Shown in pieces: positions 12,694-25,501 of a stretch of DNA of 64,000 nt (positions are counted from its first letter, which is position 1; every line of letters starts with the position of its first letter). Source of the stretch: Octopus vulgaris (Eukaryota); assembly GCA_951406725.2 (NCBI GenBank), contig OX597814.1, forward strand, positions 174,964,001 to 175,028,000, read 5' to 3'. Under the pieces are notes generated by a model. It saw only the letters and a list, made by a program, of their open reading frames with translations. It did not search any database and was not told the DNA's origin. Both the position numbers and the translations under genes were made by a program.

Positions 12694-13080
12694 CTGTAAT
12701 AATTTAAATTAGAAGGTTTTAAAACTTTAATAGCCAACATTCTGTTTAAATTAAAATTGGAAACGGGGAAAATTTTAAATTATCAACTAAGTTTTAAAAA
12801 TGTACTTTTAGGTAAATATTTTGCTTTCCAATAGAAAAAAACTCCCCAAAATTACAAGAAGTCAAATTATAAAAATATCAAAACTTAAGGACTTAAAAAT
12901 TTTTTATTTATTTTCAAAATATTAATGATTTTTTAAAAATTGAATTTATAGAAAATACATAAGTCTCTCATCAAAGGAGTAACAAACCAAAACATATTTA
13001 CTGTTAGCAGATATATTCTTATATCTTTAATTACAAATTACATTAAGTAATAAATATTATCTAAGAATTATAAGTGATAC

Positions 13081-13315
13081 CTGGGACATTGGTGGAGCTT
13101 CTCTATATTGGTTTTGCATCTGTACAGGCATGGTTCCAGGAACTTGATTAGGTGGTGCACCAGTTGGCCTGTTAGGGAACTGTTGCATCATTGATGGTTG
13201 ATGAAGGTTGCCAGTAGTAGGAGGAGGAGGAGGAGGCATCTGTTGACTGGAGGAACCAGGCGGCCCACTAAATCCCATATGTGGTTGGTTATTGTTGGAT
13301 GGTACAGAAACCATT
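13081..13315 (-). CDS. SEC24C: Sec24C/D coding exon 3 (MVSVPSNNNQ...REAPPMSQ)
   Basis: 235 nt, TTTCAG acceptor, CAG|GTATCA donor, phase 2 to 0. Confidence 0.88.
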
Positions 13316-13775
13316 CTGAAAGGGATTAGGTTCCATTACATGTTGACAGTTAACAGGAAGAGGGTGTAAAAAGGAGGCAGACTAATACTGTTTAAAAGTA
13401 AATTTTGAATTGCTTTAGAATTTCAGTTTTATTTTTATTCTTTAAAATTTTAGCACTTTCCAGATCTAACTTCTGTAGTTTCTTGATATCTTGATTCATG
13501 TAGGCATAATGCCTAGGATTTTTGAGTGTACATGAAATGAGTTGTGAAAGATATGATTGTCTCAAGGAAACTAAGACTTATGAGTGACAAAAGCCAGAAC
13601 TAGAAATCAAAACCTGGCCTCTAGCTTAAACAAAGAGGAGCTTAACCTTTTACCCTATGATACATCAATCAACTATTTGACTTAGGTTGATAATTTTGAT
13701 GTCTGTCCCTTCTCACTCGTACTTGTTCCAAATTTTCATTATAACAGAACAAACTTCTAGGTCACCATCCTTAAA

Positions 13776-14353
13776 TATGGTTTCTGATTACAAATATCTT
13801 GGGTCATACATATCATCATCTGGAAAAGACTTTCTAACTAGAAAGGGTATGGCCTGGTCAGCCTGTAATGACATGCATAAGATCTGGTCATCAAATCTAA
13901 GTAGAGACTTCAAACTTGAAATCTTCAAAGCCACAGTCGAACCAATTCTACTATATGGCTCAGAAACCTGGACGTTATCAAAGAAGCTTGAGAGGCGGTT
14001 GGATGGAACCTACACTCGCCTCCTTATGAGAGCTCAAAATCTCTCGTGGAAGCGCCATCCAACCAAAATGCAAATATATGGGAAACTACCACCTGTGTCA
14101 TCTCTTGTGAAAGGTAAGAGAGTCCAGTTTGCTGGACATTGTTGTAGAGCTGAAAAAGAGGTAATTTCTACTCTTCTCCTCTGGAAGCCATCTACCCGCA
14201 ATACCAGAGGGCGCACACTCTCCTACCCTGATGTAATCTCCAGGGATACAGGCATCCAGCAACAGGACCTCCGTAATGCCATGATGGACCGTGAAGTCTG
14301 GCGTAGCATGGTAAATTCCATTGTCTCGACCACGGTCGTACAATGAAGATGAT
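13776..14353 (+). mobile_element. 5'-truncated RTE-clade LINE, open C-terminal ORF segment
   Basis: YKYLGS...PILLYGSETWTL...QFAGHC...AMMDREVWR. No internal stops, CpGs retained, short TGA-type tail. Confidence 0.85.
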
Positions 14354-14469
14354 CATTGTACAATTAAATTTTTATCAGGTCATTTAGCATAAGCAAAAAT
14401 ACAACTTCTAAAACATTGCTATGCTTTATTCTTATTATATAACTTGTTGAAAGAACACAATAGTTCTAT

Positions 14470-14862
14470 TACTCTTTTACTTGTTTCAGTCATTTGACTG
14501 TGGCCATGCTGGAGCACAGCCTTTAATCGAGCAACTTGACCCCGGGACTTATTCTTTGTAAGCCCAGTACTTATTCTATTGGTTTCTTTTGTCGAACCGC
14601 TAAGTGACAGGGACATAAACACACCAGCATCAGTTGTCAAGCAATGCTAGGGGGACAAACACAGACACACAAACACATATATATATATATATATATATAC
14701 GACGGGCTTCTTTCAGTTTCCGTCTACCAAATCCACTCACAAGGCTTTGGTCGGCCCGAGGCTATAATAGAAGACACTTGCCCAAGGTGCCAAGCAGTGG
14801 GATTGAACCCGGAACCATGTGGTTGGTAAACAAGCTACTTACCACACAGCCACTCCTGCGCC
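14470..14862 (-). mobile_element. SINE family A, young full-length copy
   Basis: High identity to 17131-17524 and to the reverse complement of 53051-53445. Confidence 0.9.
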
Positions 14863-15085
14863 TATTAGTATACTGCTACTCAATGAGAAAGTGAAGAGCA
14901 GTTTCAGTTTAATTTCTACTGGAATTAAATTAACAAGGTAATTTTTTTTTCTTTTTAGGTATCTTACTGATCATTATATTTTTTCCAACTCAAGCAACAT
15001 ACTTAAAAATCAAATGATTTGCAATTATTCTGAGTCACCAATAAAATACATGAAGCTTCAAGATAGAGAAAAAAAATGAACTAAC

Positions 15086-15215
15086 CTAGGGCCATCTGTT
15101 GGATAGTTTCTGAAATTTGCATTATCTGTTTGGGGTCCATTTTGTGCATGGCCACTCATTTCATATTGACCAGGAGGCCCCATACCTTGCTTCATAGGTG
15201 GAAATCCTGTGGGTC
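15086..15215 (-). CDS. SEC24C: Sec24C/D coding exon 2 (PTGFPPMKQGMGPPGQ...PTDGP)
   Basis: 130 nt, AG/GT bounded, phase 1 to 2, open and Pro/Gly/Gln-rich. Absent from the ORF track. Confidence 0.85.
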
Positions 15216-17130
15216 CTAACAAAGACAATACATAGTCAATTATTAGAGATACAAAATTGTTTTTTTTTAATACATTTTAACCACATGTTCACTTTACTGT
15301 AGACAAAGTTAGCATACTTAGTATTAGGCTGAAACTTTTGCAAGTTAGTAGTTCAAGGGGAAGTATATGTGTGTGTGTGTGTGTGAGTGAGAGAGAGCTC
15401 TGTAAAGAGTTAGAACCTATTCAGAGCTAAACATTTTTTGAATGCATGAATAATGTTGGGTGCTAGCATTTGTAGGAAATGTGATACATTATTACTTATA
15501 AGAAGTGGCAGATGCAATGATATGGCTATATTTCATTTGGGAGATCTCAAATGATAAGCAGAATTTATGTCTTATGTTTCTAGGTAATCTTAACCTCCTT
15601 ATCAATGGGAATGGGTTAACTAAGGCTCCTAGCTGGAGCCCCACTTCGCTCAATGATCAGATGGTATACTTTGAAATATCATCATAATTTAACATCTGTT
15701 TTCCACACAGGTATGGAAAACAGACATTGAATAATAAATACATTTCCCAAATGTTAAAATTATGGGATGTTTCTCCCATCTTATCTAAAACTGGCCAAAG
15801 AAACAGACAACTTTTGGACTTCCTCAATAATAAAATAACAACACAAATTTTGCTTTGCAAGCTAGAATAGTGCAGTCATTTTGTTCCTCTTCAAAATATG
15901 ACTGAAGCAATTGAAAGATTTTATGATGAGCTTCAGCTATTTCATAACTGGTTTAAAGACAACAATGTTAGCAAAAGGATTAGAAGGGACAATAGTAGGC
16001 ATCCTCTACTGTATTGGCACAAGAATCACAATGTTTGACATAAGATAAACAACAATCACACAAGTGTGCAATGAAGACAACAAAATGATCTTACAATGCA
16101 GCATCTTTTGATTTGGAAATTTGCAGACGGTTTGAAAAAATTTCAATGAGGATGAGATATGTGATTGCAGGATATAAACCATCACTAAACCTTTTAAAAA
16201 TTCAGTGTAATAGATGCAAGGATCAAATCATATATCTGTTAATTTAAATCAATATTTTGTTGAATAACTTATCCCTAAGTTAATATTATAACACCACATA
16301 CACTAAATCATTAGCTTCAAAATAGACAAATAGTTGCTGGTAGTTAAGTTAGCATTAACATATCTAATGCATAGTACATTAGAAAACAAACTAGGAATAA
16401 TTATATATTGAGAAAAAAACAATATTAGTCAACAATTAAGACTGTTTACATTTTTCTAGCAAACATGAGGTACTATATTGAACATATTTTGGTTTTCTCA
16501 TGTTTTCTCAGGGCAAAGCCTTAATCATACTTGCTGATGTACAGATAACAAAAACTAAATGTACAAGATTTTACAGTGATAGAAATTAGTATTTAGGGGT
16601 TAAATAACTCAGAAATATGCTCATCACTAAGGGAAGGCATTGGATGGCACAACCCTCTCACTTTTCAATGGTGCACCCTCAGATTTACAATGATACACTT
16701 ATTTTGAAATTCCACTTTAGCATTATTAAAAATTAGTGCCCACCCAGAATATAATGAAACATGCCCAGGCCCCAAAGTCTGGCGACAGGTCTGCTCAGAA
16801 ATACCACTTGCATGAAAATATTCCCTTAATTTTAATATTTATGACAAGCAAAAACATTTTCATTCTGTTTTGCATCTAATACTAATGTTTACTTTCTTTT
16901 TGCCATGTAGTTGAGATCACTTCACAATGACATGATTCCAGATTTGACCCCACTGCATAATACTTAGTCTACAGCCAATCCCATCCATATGAGTGAAATG
17001 GGGTAAATGGAAACTTTGTGGAAGCCTGCTGGACACACAGTACCTAGCCTTAATTTTCTGCCTGGTTTAATAACATCATACATCATTTGGTGCCCTTAGC
17101 AAAGTTCATTCTGCTCCAAGTATTTTCAAT

Positions 17131-17524
17131 TACTCTTTATTCTTTTACTTGTTTCAGTCATTTGACTGCGGCCATGCTGGAGCACCGCCTTTAGTCGAGC
17201 AAATTGACCCCAGGACTAATTCTTTGTAAGCCCAGTACTTATTTTATCGGTCTCTTTTGCCGAACCGCTAAGTGACGGGGACGTAAACACACCAGCATCG
17301 GTTGTCAAGCAATGCTAGGGGGACAAACATACACACACACACATATATATATACATATATACGACGGGCTTCTTTCAGTTTCCGTCTACCAAATCCACTC
17401 ACAAGGCTTTGGTTGGCCCGAGGCTATAGTAGAAGACACTTGCCCAAGATGCCATGCAGTGGGACTGAACCCGGAACCATGTGGTTGGTAAGCAAGCTAC
17501 TTACCACACAGCCACTCCTGCGCC
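17131..17524 (-). mobile_element. SINE family A, young full-length copy
   Basis: As above; CpGs retained. Confidence 0.9.
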
Positions 17525-17888
17525 TAGATATTCTTTTTCCTACTTTCCCCCTATAAATCACGAATGCTCTGAAAAAAAAGTCATGGTTATTAATCTCTTT
17601 CAACTAAGCCATAAAAAGGTAATATTTATAAAAGAGACTGTGGATTTCATAGGTGACAATCCAGTTTCTCTACCTTGAAAGCTATAATAAGTCCACTTTT
17701 ACTCACAGTTTTAGTGAAATAAGTTTTTATTGTTTAGATTTTTCCAAATGCTAATTTGTGAGAAAAATTCTCACAAACATTCAAGGTTACACAACTATTT
17801 CTCATGTTTAATTTAGCACAAATAGCATACTTATATCAATATCAATTTAGAGCAGATACAGGATAAAAGAAAAGTTTATAGAAGTTAC

Positions 17889-18042
17889 CTCTTATGCCAG
17901 GTGGTCGTTGTACCATATTTGGCCCATTATACATGTTCTGTCCAGGCAAATGAGGTCGTGAAGGAGGTGCTGCTGATACCTGGATCCCACCTCCATGTGG
18001 AGTTACACCAGGGCCAAACCCACTATGATACTGAGGGTTCAT
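17889..18042 (-). CDS. SEC24C: Sec24C/D coding exon 1 (ATG at 18042; MNPQYHSGFG...RPPGIR)
   Basis: Acceptor TTTTAG at 18059, 16 nt of UTR, then ACAATG. Donor G|GTAACT at 17888. Phase 1 matches the next exon. Confidence 0.85.
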
Positions 18043-18269
18043 TGTTGGTGAATAAAATCTAAAACACAAAGAAAGTAAAATCATAACAAGATGACTAATA
18101 GTAAATATGATCAATGTGATGACACTTTAAGTATGGTTGAAGTACTTTTATTTCAAGAATCTACTTATTTCAGAAGCATATAAAAAAAGAGTAAAGAGAG
18201 GAGGAAAAAATGCATAATTCTAAATGTATAATTAGAAGACTTCAAACAAAAAGGACTTGAAAAACATAG

Positions 18270-18460
18270 TTTGCCACATAAAAGCATCCCTCACATCCTG
18301 TAAAGTGGTTGGCATTAGGAAGGGCATCCAGCAATAGAAACCATGCCAAATCAGGAGTCTGATGCAGTCCCCCACCCTTAGCTTGCCAGCTTTGGTCACC
18401 TCGTCCAACCCACACCAGCATGGACAATGGACATTAAGTGATGATGATGATGATGATGAT
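18270..18460 (+). mobile_element. RTE LINE 3' tail fragment
   Basis: GTGGTTGGCATTAGGAAGGGCATCCAG...CCAACCCA..CAGCATGGA...(TGA)n. Confidence 0.75.
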
Positions 18461-19568
18461 ATTCCATGAATTCTCTCTCGTTTTTTTTATCTTTTTAGTT
18501 GTTTCAGTCATTAGACTGCAGCTATGCTGGAGCACAGCCTAGAAGGATTTTTAGTCGAATAAATTGACCCCAGTACTTATCTTTTTTTAAAGCCTGATAC
18601 TTATTCTATCGATCTTTTTTGCTGAACCGTTAAGTTACAGGGACATTAACACACAAACACTGGTTGTCAAGCAGTGTGTGTGTGGGGGGGGGGGGGTTAG
18701 CAAACATAGACAGCTCGTTAATAAATTACAAAGAGAAGAATTCAGAAGAAAAACCATAACCTATTTTAGTGATATTTTCAGTTTTCATGGAACACAAGAC
18801 AATGTTCAGGTCATGTTAAAATACCCAAGACAAAAAAAAAAAAATCAATGATGATAATGATACTAAAATTAACGAAACAAAATTCTGATGCTACAGTCTT
18901 AAAATTAGAATGGAATTTTTACTGCATACAGTGCAATATCTTAGAGTAAGTTCTTTTCAAATGAATGAGCAAGTGAATAAAATTTATTTCAGTTCAACAT
19001 GGTCTCTTAAATGTACATTGGCTGGTAGGTGGCACATTGAAGACCACATGTTAGAATTCAATATGGATCTAAAAATGAAAACTGATGAGACTGATTCTTA
19101 AAAGAAAGGAGTGGAAATCACAAAAGAACAGTAGCTTTACTGAATATTAAGCTTATACTTAAAATCAATTGGAGAATAAATTATAGAAAACAGGTCTCCA
19201 ATATTTTCAGTTGGGAAAGGACATTCAGTTCAAGTAGATATTAGATACATTTAAGGTTAAGATACAAGGTAAATAATTAGAAAATACCAACTAAAAATTT
19301 TGGCTGTTATCAGATAAGTAAAATAATAATTAGGTGCTCCCTCTTGTATTCTCTTATCAGAAAGTATGGACAGTCATTTCTATAACCCATCTGTACACAC
19401 AAAGAATTATGTACAGCAAAATCATTTAAGAGCTTGCTTGATATCCATTTTAACTATTGTGAGATATGCCTTAAATACTTTGAAATTCGTTAACACATGG
19501 TTAATTTATTTACCTAGACATTATCTGACAGCTGAACTGAATGAAAATTTGTCAAAATCTGACTATTT

Positions 19569-20962
19569 TATAATAATAATAATAATTGTGTACAGTGCTC
19601 AGGTGCACTACAACTCATCTAAAGTGTATATATAATCAGGTGTAGTTTCGGCGGATTTCAGAAAGCATGAGGACCTTAAAAGATGCAGTGTCATGGCAGT
19701 CAACAACTGACGCAGGCAGTTTATTCCATGCTTCAGCAACTCTGAGCGTGAAAAAATGTTTCCGAAAGTCATGGGAGCTGTATTGTTTTCTGACTTTGTA
19801 GGCATGTCCACGTGTGTTAGACACATGGAGATCAAAAAGGTGTTCAGTGTTGTTGTTGGTGAGGTGGTTGATAACTTTGTGGGTGTTTACCAAGTCCGTC
19901 GCCAAACGCCGGAGCTTCAGTGAATCCATGCCCAGGGAAACAAGGCGCTCAGAATATGGTAGGTGTCTGATGGAGGGTATGCGTTTGGTTGCACGTCTCT
20001 GGACAGATTCCAGGAGGTCAATGTTCTGTGCAAGATAGGGGTTCCAAACTGATGATGCGAATTCCAAGTGTGGTCGTACCGTAGCTGTATACAGTTTTAA
20101 ATAGATGGCTGGAGAGCGGCTAACAAAAGACCTGCTGAGTGATGCCAAGACACCCTCGGCCTTCCTGACAATCTTAGAGATATGCTTTGACCAACGCAAA
20201 TCACTGCTGACAGTGATGCCTAGGTCACGCTCGCAAGAGGATTTCTTGATATCAGTGTTGTGGAGGGAGTATGTGAATGCAGGGTTTTTTCTCCCAAAAT
20301 GCATGGTGGTACACTTGTCCACAGCCAGTTTCAGTTGCCAGTCTGTGATCCATTGCTGCATTGTGTCTAGGTCTGATTGCAGGAAAGAGTTGTAGACATC
20401 AGGATCTGTCCTCTTGATTTCAAGGTACAGCTTGATGTCGTCTGCATATTTCAATACTGTGGCATTCCTTAAATTGGCATCTATGTCGTTAATGTATGCC
20501 ACAAACAAGAGGGGACCAAGGACAGATCCCTGTGGTACACCCGATGACATCTCATATGGTGTAGAGTGCTGTCCTACATATGGTGTAGAGAACTGTGACT
20601 ACCTCCTTTCGGCTGAGGATGAAGGATTTCAACCAGTTAAAAAGGTCATCCCCCACACCCATTGCAGAGAGTTTCACCATAAGCCTTTTGTGTGGCACAG
20701 AGTTGAAAGCCTTAGCAAAGTCAAGGTAGACAACATCCACCCATGAGCCACTGTCAGTAATCTGAGTAATGTCCTCAAGGAACTCAACAAGCTGGTCACT
20801 GCAGCTGGAGTTAGGGACAAATCCATATTGTGAGGGTCGGATGAGACTGTGAGAGCTCCAGAAGTTCCAGAGTGTTTCTCTGACACACGATTCCATCAGT
20901 TTTGCAATACAGCTAGTGAGACTGACTGGGCGATAGTTGACAGGTGATGTGCGGTCGCCCTT
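19569..20962 (-). mobile_element. 5'-truncated CR1/L2-group LINE with reverse transcriptase, one frameshift
   Basis: NYRPVSLTS, YLDFAKAFNSV, GVPQGSVLGPLLF, YADD, RPHLEFASSVWNP, AWNKLP motifs; short 3' UTR and (ATT)n tail. Confidence 0.93.
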
Positions 20963-21302
20963 CCCAGTTTTGACTTGTCTGTGGGATTTTACATTTGTCC
21001 TAAATAACAAACATACAAAAATATGCTTGAAGCAGACTTTTACAAGCAGTCTATTATAAAACTGTTTTCTTTAGAGAAAAATTATAAATTCGGTATATTT
21101 AGAAGCTTATTAGTCTTATCCAAACAGTCATGTCTGCACTCTTGTAACACACACACACAGATATGCCTTACCTTTGAGTTTAGATCCTATGCCATTTATA
21201 AGTGTTTTCCCACTATTTTTAACATATCCCACTTATCCTTTACCCTGTCTCCATGTATGTTTACTGTATCACTAATTTATTAGATACAATTTTTGATCCA
21301 TT

Positions 21303-21700
21303 AGGTGTGTGGCTGAGAAGCTTATTTACTAACCATGTGGTTTTGGGTTCAGTCTCACTGTGTGACAACTTGGGCAAGAGTCTTCTACTATAACACTGGG
21401 CCGACCAAACTCTTGTGAATGGATTTGATAGACAGAAACTGAAAAAAGCCTGTTGTGTTGTATTGTGTGTGTATGTATGAGTATGTATATACCTAAGTTT
21501 CAACATCATGTGATGGTTGATGGTAAATGAGCATCACTGTCATAAAAGTGGGGCTGCTTCCTTCCAGTCTTCCATGAAAAACATGTCAAGCTATGGGAAA
21601 ATGTTACCTTGCTTGGAAACAGAAGAGGGTTGTGACAAGAAGGGCATCTAGTTGTAGAAAATCAGCTACAACAAATTCCATCTGACTCACGCAAGCATGG
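21303..21700 (+). mobile_element. SINE family B
   Basis: tRNA-like head plus ...GGAAACAG..GGGTTG..GAAGGGCATC...GCAAGCATGG tail. Confidence 0.75.
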
Positions 21701-22683
21701 GTGGGTGTGTGTGTGTGTGTATATATGCACACACAACATACAGATCACCAGCCACTTTACATAGGCTACTGAATGAATTTTATCATAGCACCAGCACTAA
21801 ATGTCCTTGAAAGACTAAAGGTAACTGGCAATGCTATGCTATCACCATGAGTTTGCTGACCTCTTTAAAAGAGTCTTCTGAGTACATTTTACCAAGACAC
21901 TGGCACAAGTGAATTTCTTTATGTCCTTGAGTCCTCACTACTCTATGACATGTTTGTTCACTCATGAAATAGACCAAGGTTTACAGTATTGAGATTAGCA
22001 ATATAAAAAGAACCATGATGAATGGGTGGAGGTAACAAGAGGTAATATGGGAGCAAGAGGGTAATAGACGGGAAGAGCATGCTATTCTTAGTTATCCCAG
22101 CAAACAGCAGAAGGTGATAGAAAGTGAGAGGAGTGATGGAGGTTGACAAGGTATCAAAAGCTAAGGGAAGTACTATATGTTGACACAGTAGCAACAATCT
22201 GTATCAAGAACCTAATATTGATTCTGTCAACTCTCCATCATTGCTACTAGTTTCTAATGGTTATAACTTTCATTTGGTCATGTTTGCACAAGTGAAGTGA
22301 TCGTGTTTAGCACTGCATGTCACCAATCATCTTGTCACCATTGTACAAGCAGGGGTCTCCATTGATGATCTTATGTGAAAACATGAAAACATGTCTGACC
22401 AAAGGGAAATGCTTGGAAGTAGATGAGAGTGACGGCAGAAGGGGTATCTGGTCAAAAATCTGCCTCAATAAATTCTTTATGATTCCTGTAAGCAAGTGTA
22501 CATACATATATGTGTACACAAGGAACAGCTATAGCTGTGTAGTTAAGAAGTTCAATTTCCAAGCATGTGGCTTCAGGTTCAGTCCCATTTTACAGCACAT
22601 GTCTACTACTACAGCCTTGGGTCAGCTAAAGCCTTGAGAATGAACTTACTAAACAGAAAATGTACAAAACTCAGATATATATT

Positions 22684-23040
22684 GTATGGCAAGAAGTTTG
22701 CTTCCTACCCATATGGTTCAGTCCCAGTGTGTGGCACCTTGGGCAAGTGTCTTCTACTATAGCCTTCGGCTAACCAAAGCCTTGTGAGTAGACTTGGTAG
22801 ACAGAAACTGAAAGAAGCCATCATGTATGTGTGTGCGTCTTTGTCCGCTACTCCAGCTTGACAACAGGTGTTGGTGTGTCTACATCCCCATAACTTAGTA
22901 ATTCAGCAAAAGTGACTGATAAATTATGCATCAAGCTTAAAAGAAAAATAAGCATTGGGGTTGATTCGTCCAACTAAAATTCTTGAAGGTGGTGCCCCAG
23001 CATGGCTGCAGTCTACTCACTAAAACAAGTAAAAAAAAAA
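22684..23040 (+). mobile_element. SINE family A
   Basis: Head plus ...CAGCATGGCTGCAGTC...AAACAAGTAAAA tail. Confidence 0.8.
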
Positions 23041-23494
23041 TATATGTGCCTGTATATATCTGCAAGCATTTTGATGAGTTTTCATATTTGCACTAGTTAA
23101 GAAAAAATAAATAAATAAAGATGCCGAGCCACAAATGTTAAGTATGTCTCTAAGATCATATCTTTCAAGGTTGTTTACTATTTTACTAACATATCTAAAT
23201 AATTCAGAAGTAAAATGAAAAACTGAAACAGAAACAGCAATATGATGAAACAGTTTATGTTTACGAATGCTACAAACATCAGTTTGTGTGTGTGTATATA
23301 TATATAATACTACAAAAATACATATGTCTTAGAATCTCAGTAAATTGCTATAATAGGTAACAGCACAAAGGCATTCTTACTATGACCAGCCTATTTTATA
23401 TAATTTAATCATTTCTGTTAGGTGTTACTACTGAAGATTAAATGCTCAAGTGAGGAATTTAAAGAACCACTTGAATTTTTTTATTCTGCATTCT

Positions 23495-23742
23495 TTTTTT
23501 CTTTTACTTGTTTCAGTCATTGAAAGTGGCCATGCTGGAGCAGCATCTTGAAGGGTTTTAGTCAAGCAAATTGACCCCAGGACTAAACTTTTTAAAGCCT
23601 AGTACTTATTCTACCAGTCTCTTTTACTGAACCACTAAGTGACAGGGATGTAAACACACCAACACTGGTTGTCAAGTGATAATGGGGAGACAAACACACA
23701 TACATATAGATACATACATACACACCACATACATACATACAT

Positions 23743-23806
<64 letters not shown>

Positions 23807-24095
23807 TTATTTTTTTTATTGCTCACAAGGGGCTAAACATAGAGGGGACAAACAAGGACAGACAAAGTGATTAAGTCGATTACATTGACCCCAGTGTGTA
23901 ACTGGTACTTGATTTATCGACCCCGAAAGGATGAAAGGCAAATAGCCTTCTTTCAGTTTCTGTCTACCAAATAGTTTCACAAGGTCAACCTGAGCTATAG
24001 TAGAAGACACTTGCCCAAGGTGCCATGCAATGGAACTGAACCTGGAACTATGTGGTAGGGAAGCAAGCTTCTTACCACACAGCCACATCTGCACC
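23495..24095 (-). mobile_element. SINE family A with expanded (TA)n and a nested family-C SINE fragment (~23810-23943)
   Basis: Family-A tail and head separated by an insert containing GACCCCGAAAGGATGAAAGGCAAA. Confidence 0.8.
23749..23805. repeat. (TA)n microsatellite; similar tracts at ~26551-26615, ~50615-50695 ((CT)n(TA)n) and ~52223-52290
   Basis: Direct reading. Confidence 0.95.
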
Positions 24096-24856
24096 TATAT
24101 AAAGAAAATCATTTTGGATTTGTATATTTTGAATATTAGAAACTTAGGATAAGAACTGGAAATTTTCTTTATTTAATTTAAAAAACAAAAGAAGACAGTT
24201 ATGCTATATATGTAATTTAATATGTTAAAATCATTTAACAAAATAAAAGGAAATGTTTACTCTTTCCCTTCCTTTAATACATTTGTTAAAATTTATTCTT
24301 CTCATGCTGTCTTCTATTTTTGCTCATTGCTCGTATATTAAACTATTTAAACATATCAAATGAAATTTACTGCACATATATTAAACAATGAAGTGATGAA
24401 GACTAATATCAAGATGTTACATCTCACAGAGGAGATGATAAAGGACTATGTTGATTGGCAATGCATGGCGCTGAAGACCTGACAACCCATACAAGAATGG
24501 TGAAAAATACATTAAAATGGGAGCAATAATGGAGGTTGAAATATAAGTTTATATGGGCCTTTTGCCTCTTTTTGTACTTGCTAAGTTTATTCACCTGCTC
24601 TTCCAATCTATTCAACAGCCACTCATCATTCTACTGCCTCCTAACTATTTACTGTACCACACTTGGAATGATCTAGATCTGTCCATGCTTAACCTCCAAC
24701 TCTACCACCTTCTGTCTCTCTCTAGGTGAGGCACACACCTCACCAGTGGGGCATAGGTTACATCACAACAGAGTGTAAGGAAGTAACAAGTAAATATCCT
24801 GCAATGTTTCGAGTAAACTACATTTTTTTTTCTACTATCACTACTACATATCTATA

Positions 24857-25217
24857 CAGTAATGCCTCGATATATGAGTTAATTTCTTCCTGGAGACTGC
24901 TCATAAAGCTGGGCAATAATTTCCCATAACAGCAATAATAAAAAATACTATTATAATTGTTTTCTGAATTCCTTTCATTCACACTAGACTCACATACACC
25001 ATCACTTGTAGACATGATCACTGATTCACAAGCACCCATAGATGGACTTACAGATTGCTTCGAAGAAGCTTTTTTTTCGGTCCCTATAAATTTCTCAGTA
25101 ACACGCAGATGCATTTGTTATGGTAGCAGAAACTTTTGCACTTTGTTCAAAATTTGGATCTTGTGCTTGGAAAATAAAACTCATAAACCCAGAATCTTGT
25201 AAAGTGAGGTATGACTG
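24857..25217. mobile_element. Tigger/pogo-like internally deleted DNA transposon
   Basis: TA|CAGTAATGCCTCG...GAGGTATGACTG|TA termini. Confidence 0.65.
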
Positions 25218-25219
25218 TA

Positions 25220-25249
<30 letters not shown>

Positions 25250-25251
<2 letters not shown>

Positions 25252-25466
25252 CATGTGATCCCTTAAGCACCACCAGCTCAAATATTGTCTCCGCTGTCTT
25301 CCCTCCTTGGGATCTTTCCTTCTCCTTGTTTCCGACAAAGAGCTCCGCTCGCAACGTTAAACCCTCCTTCCCTTCTTTCCTGAGCGTCAATAATACTTTA
25401 ATTGTTCCACGTCCTGCGTTGCTGTGTTTTTTTTCTCTCTTTTTTTCTGTGTTTTCTTGTTTGGAT

Positions 25467-25470
<4 letters not shown>
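25250..25470 (+). mobile_element. Small element between (TA)n tracts with a hammerhead-like motif (Penelope-like LTR relic)
   Basis: GTTT-CCGACAA-A-GAGC-TCC-GCTC-GCAA-CG-TT-AAAC at 25328-25362. Confidence 0.55.

Positions 25471-25501
<31 letters not shown>

Noticed and set aside
13316-13387. In-frame upstream alternative acceptors for coding exon 3
   Set aside because: The extension contains an in-frame TAA; no support for use.
14634-14894. Recurring MSSNARGTN...RRHLPK ORFs (also 17302, 52944)
   Set aside because: Antisense translations of SINE family A.
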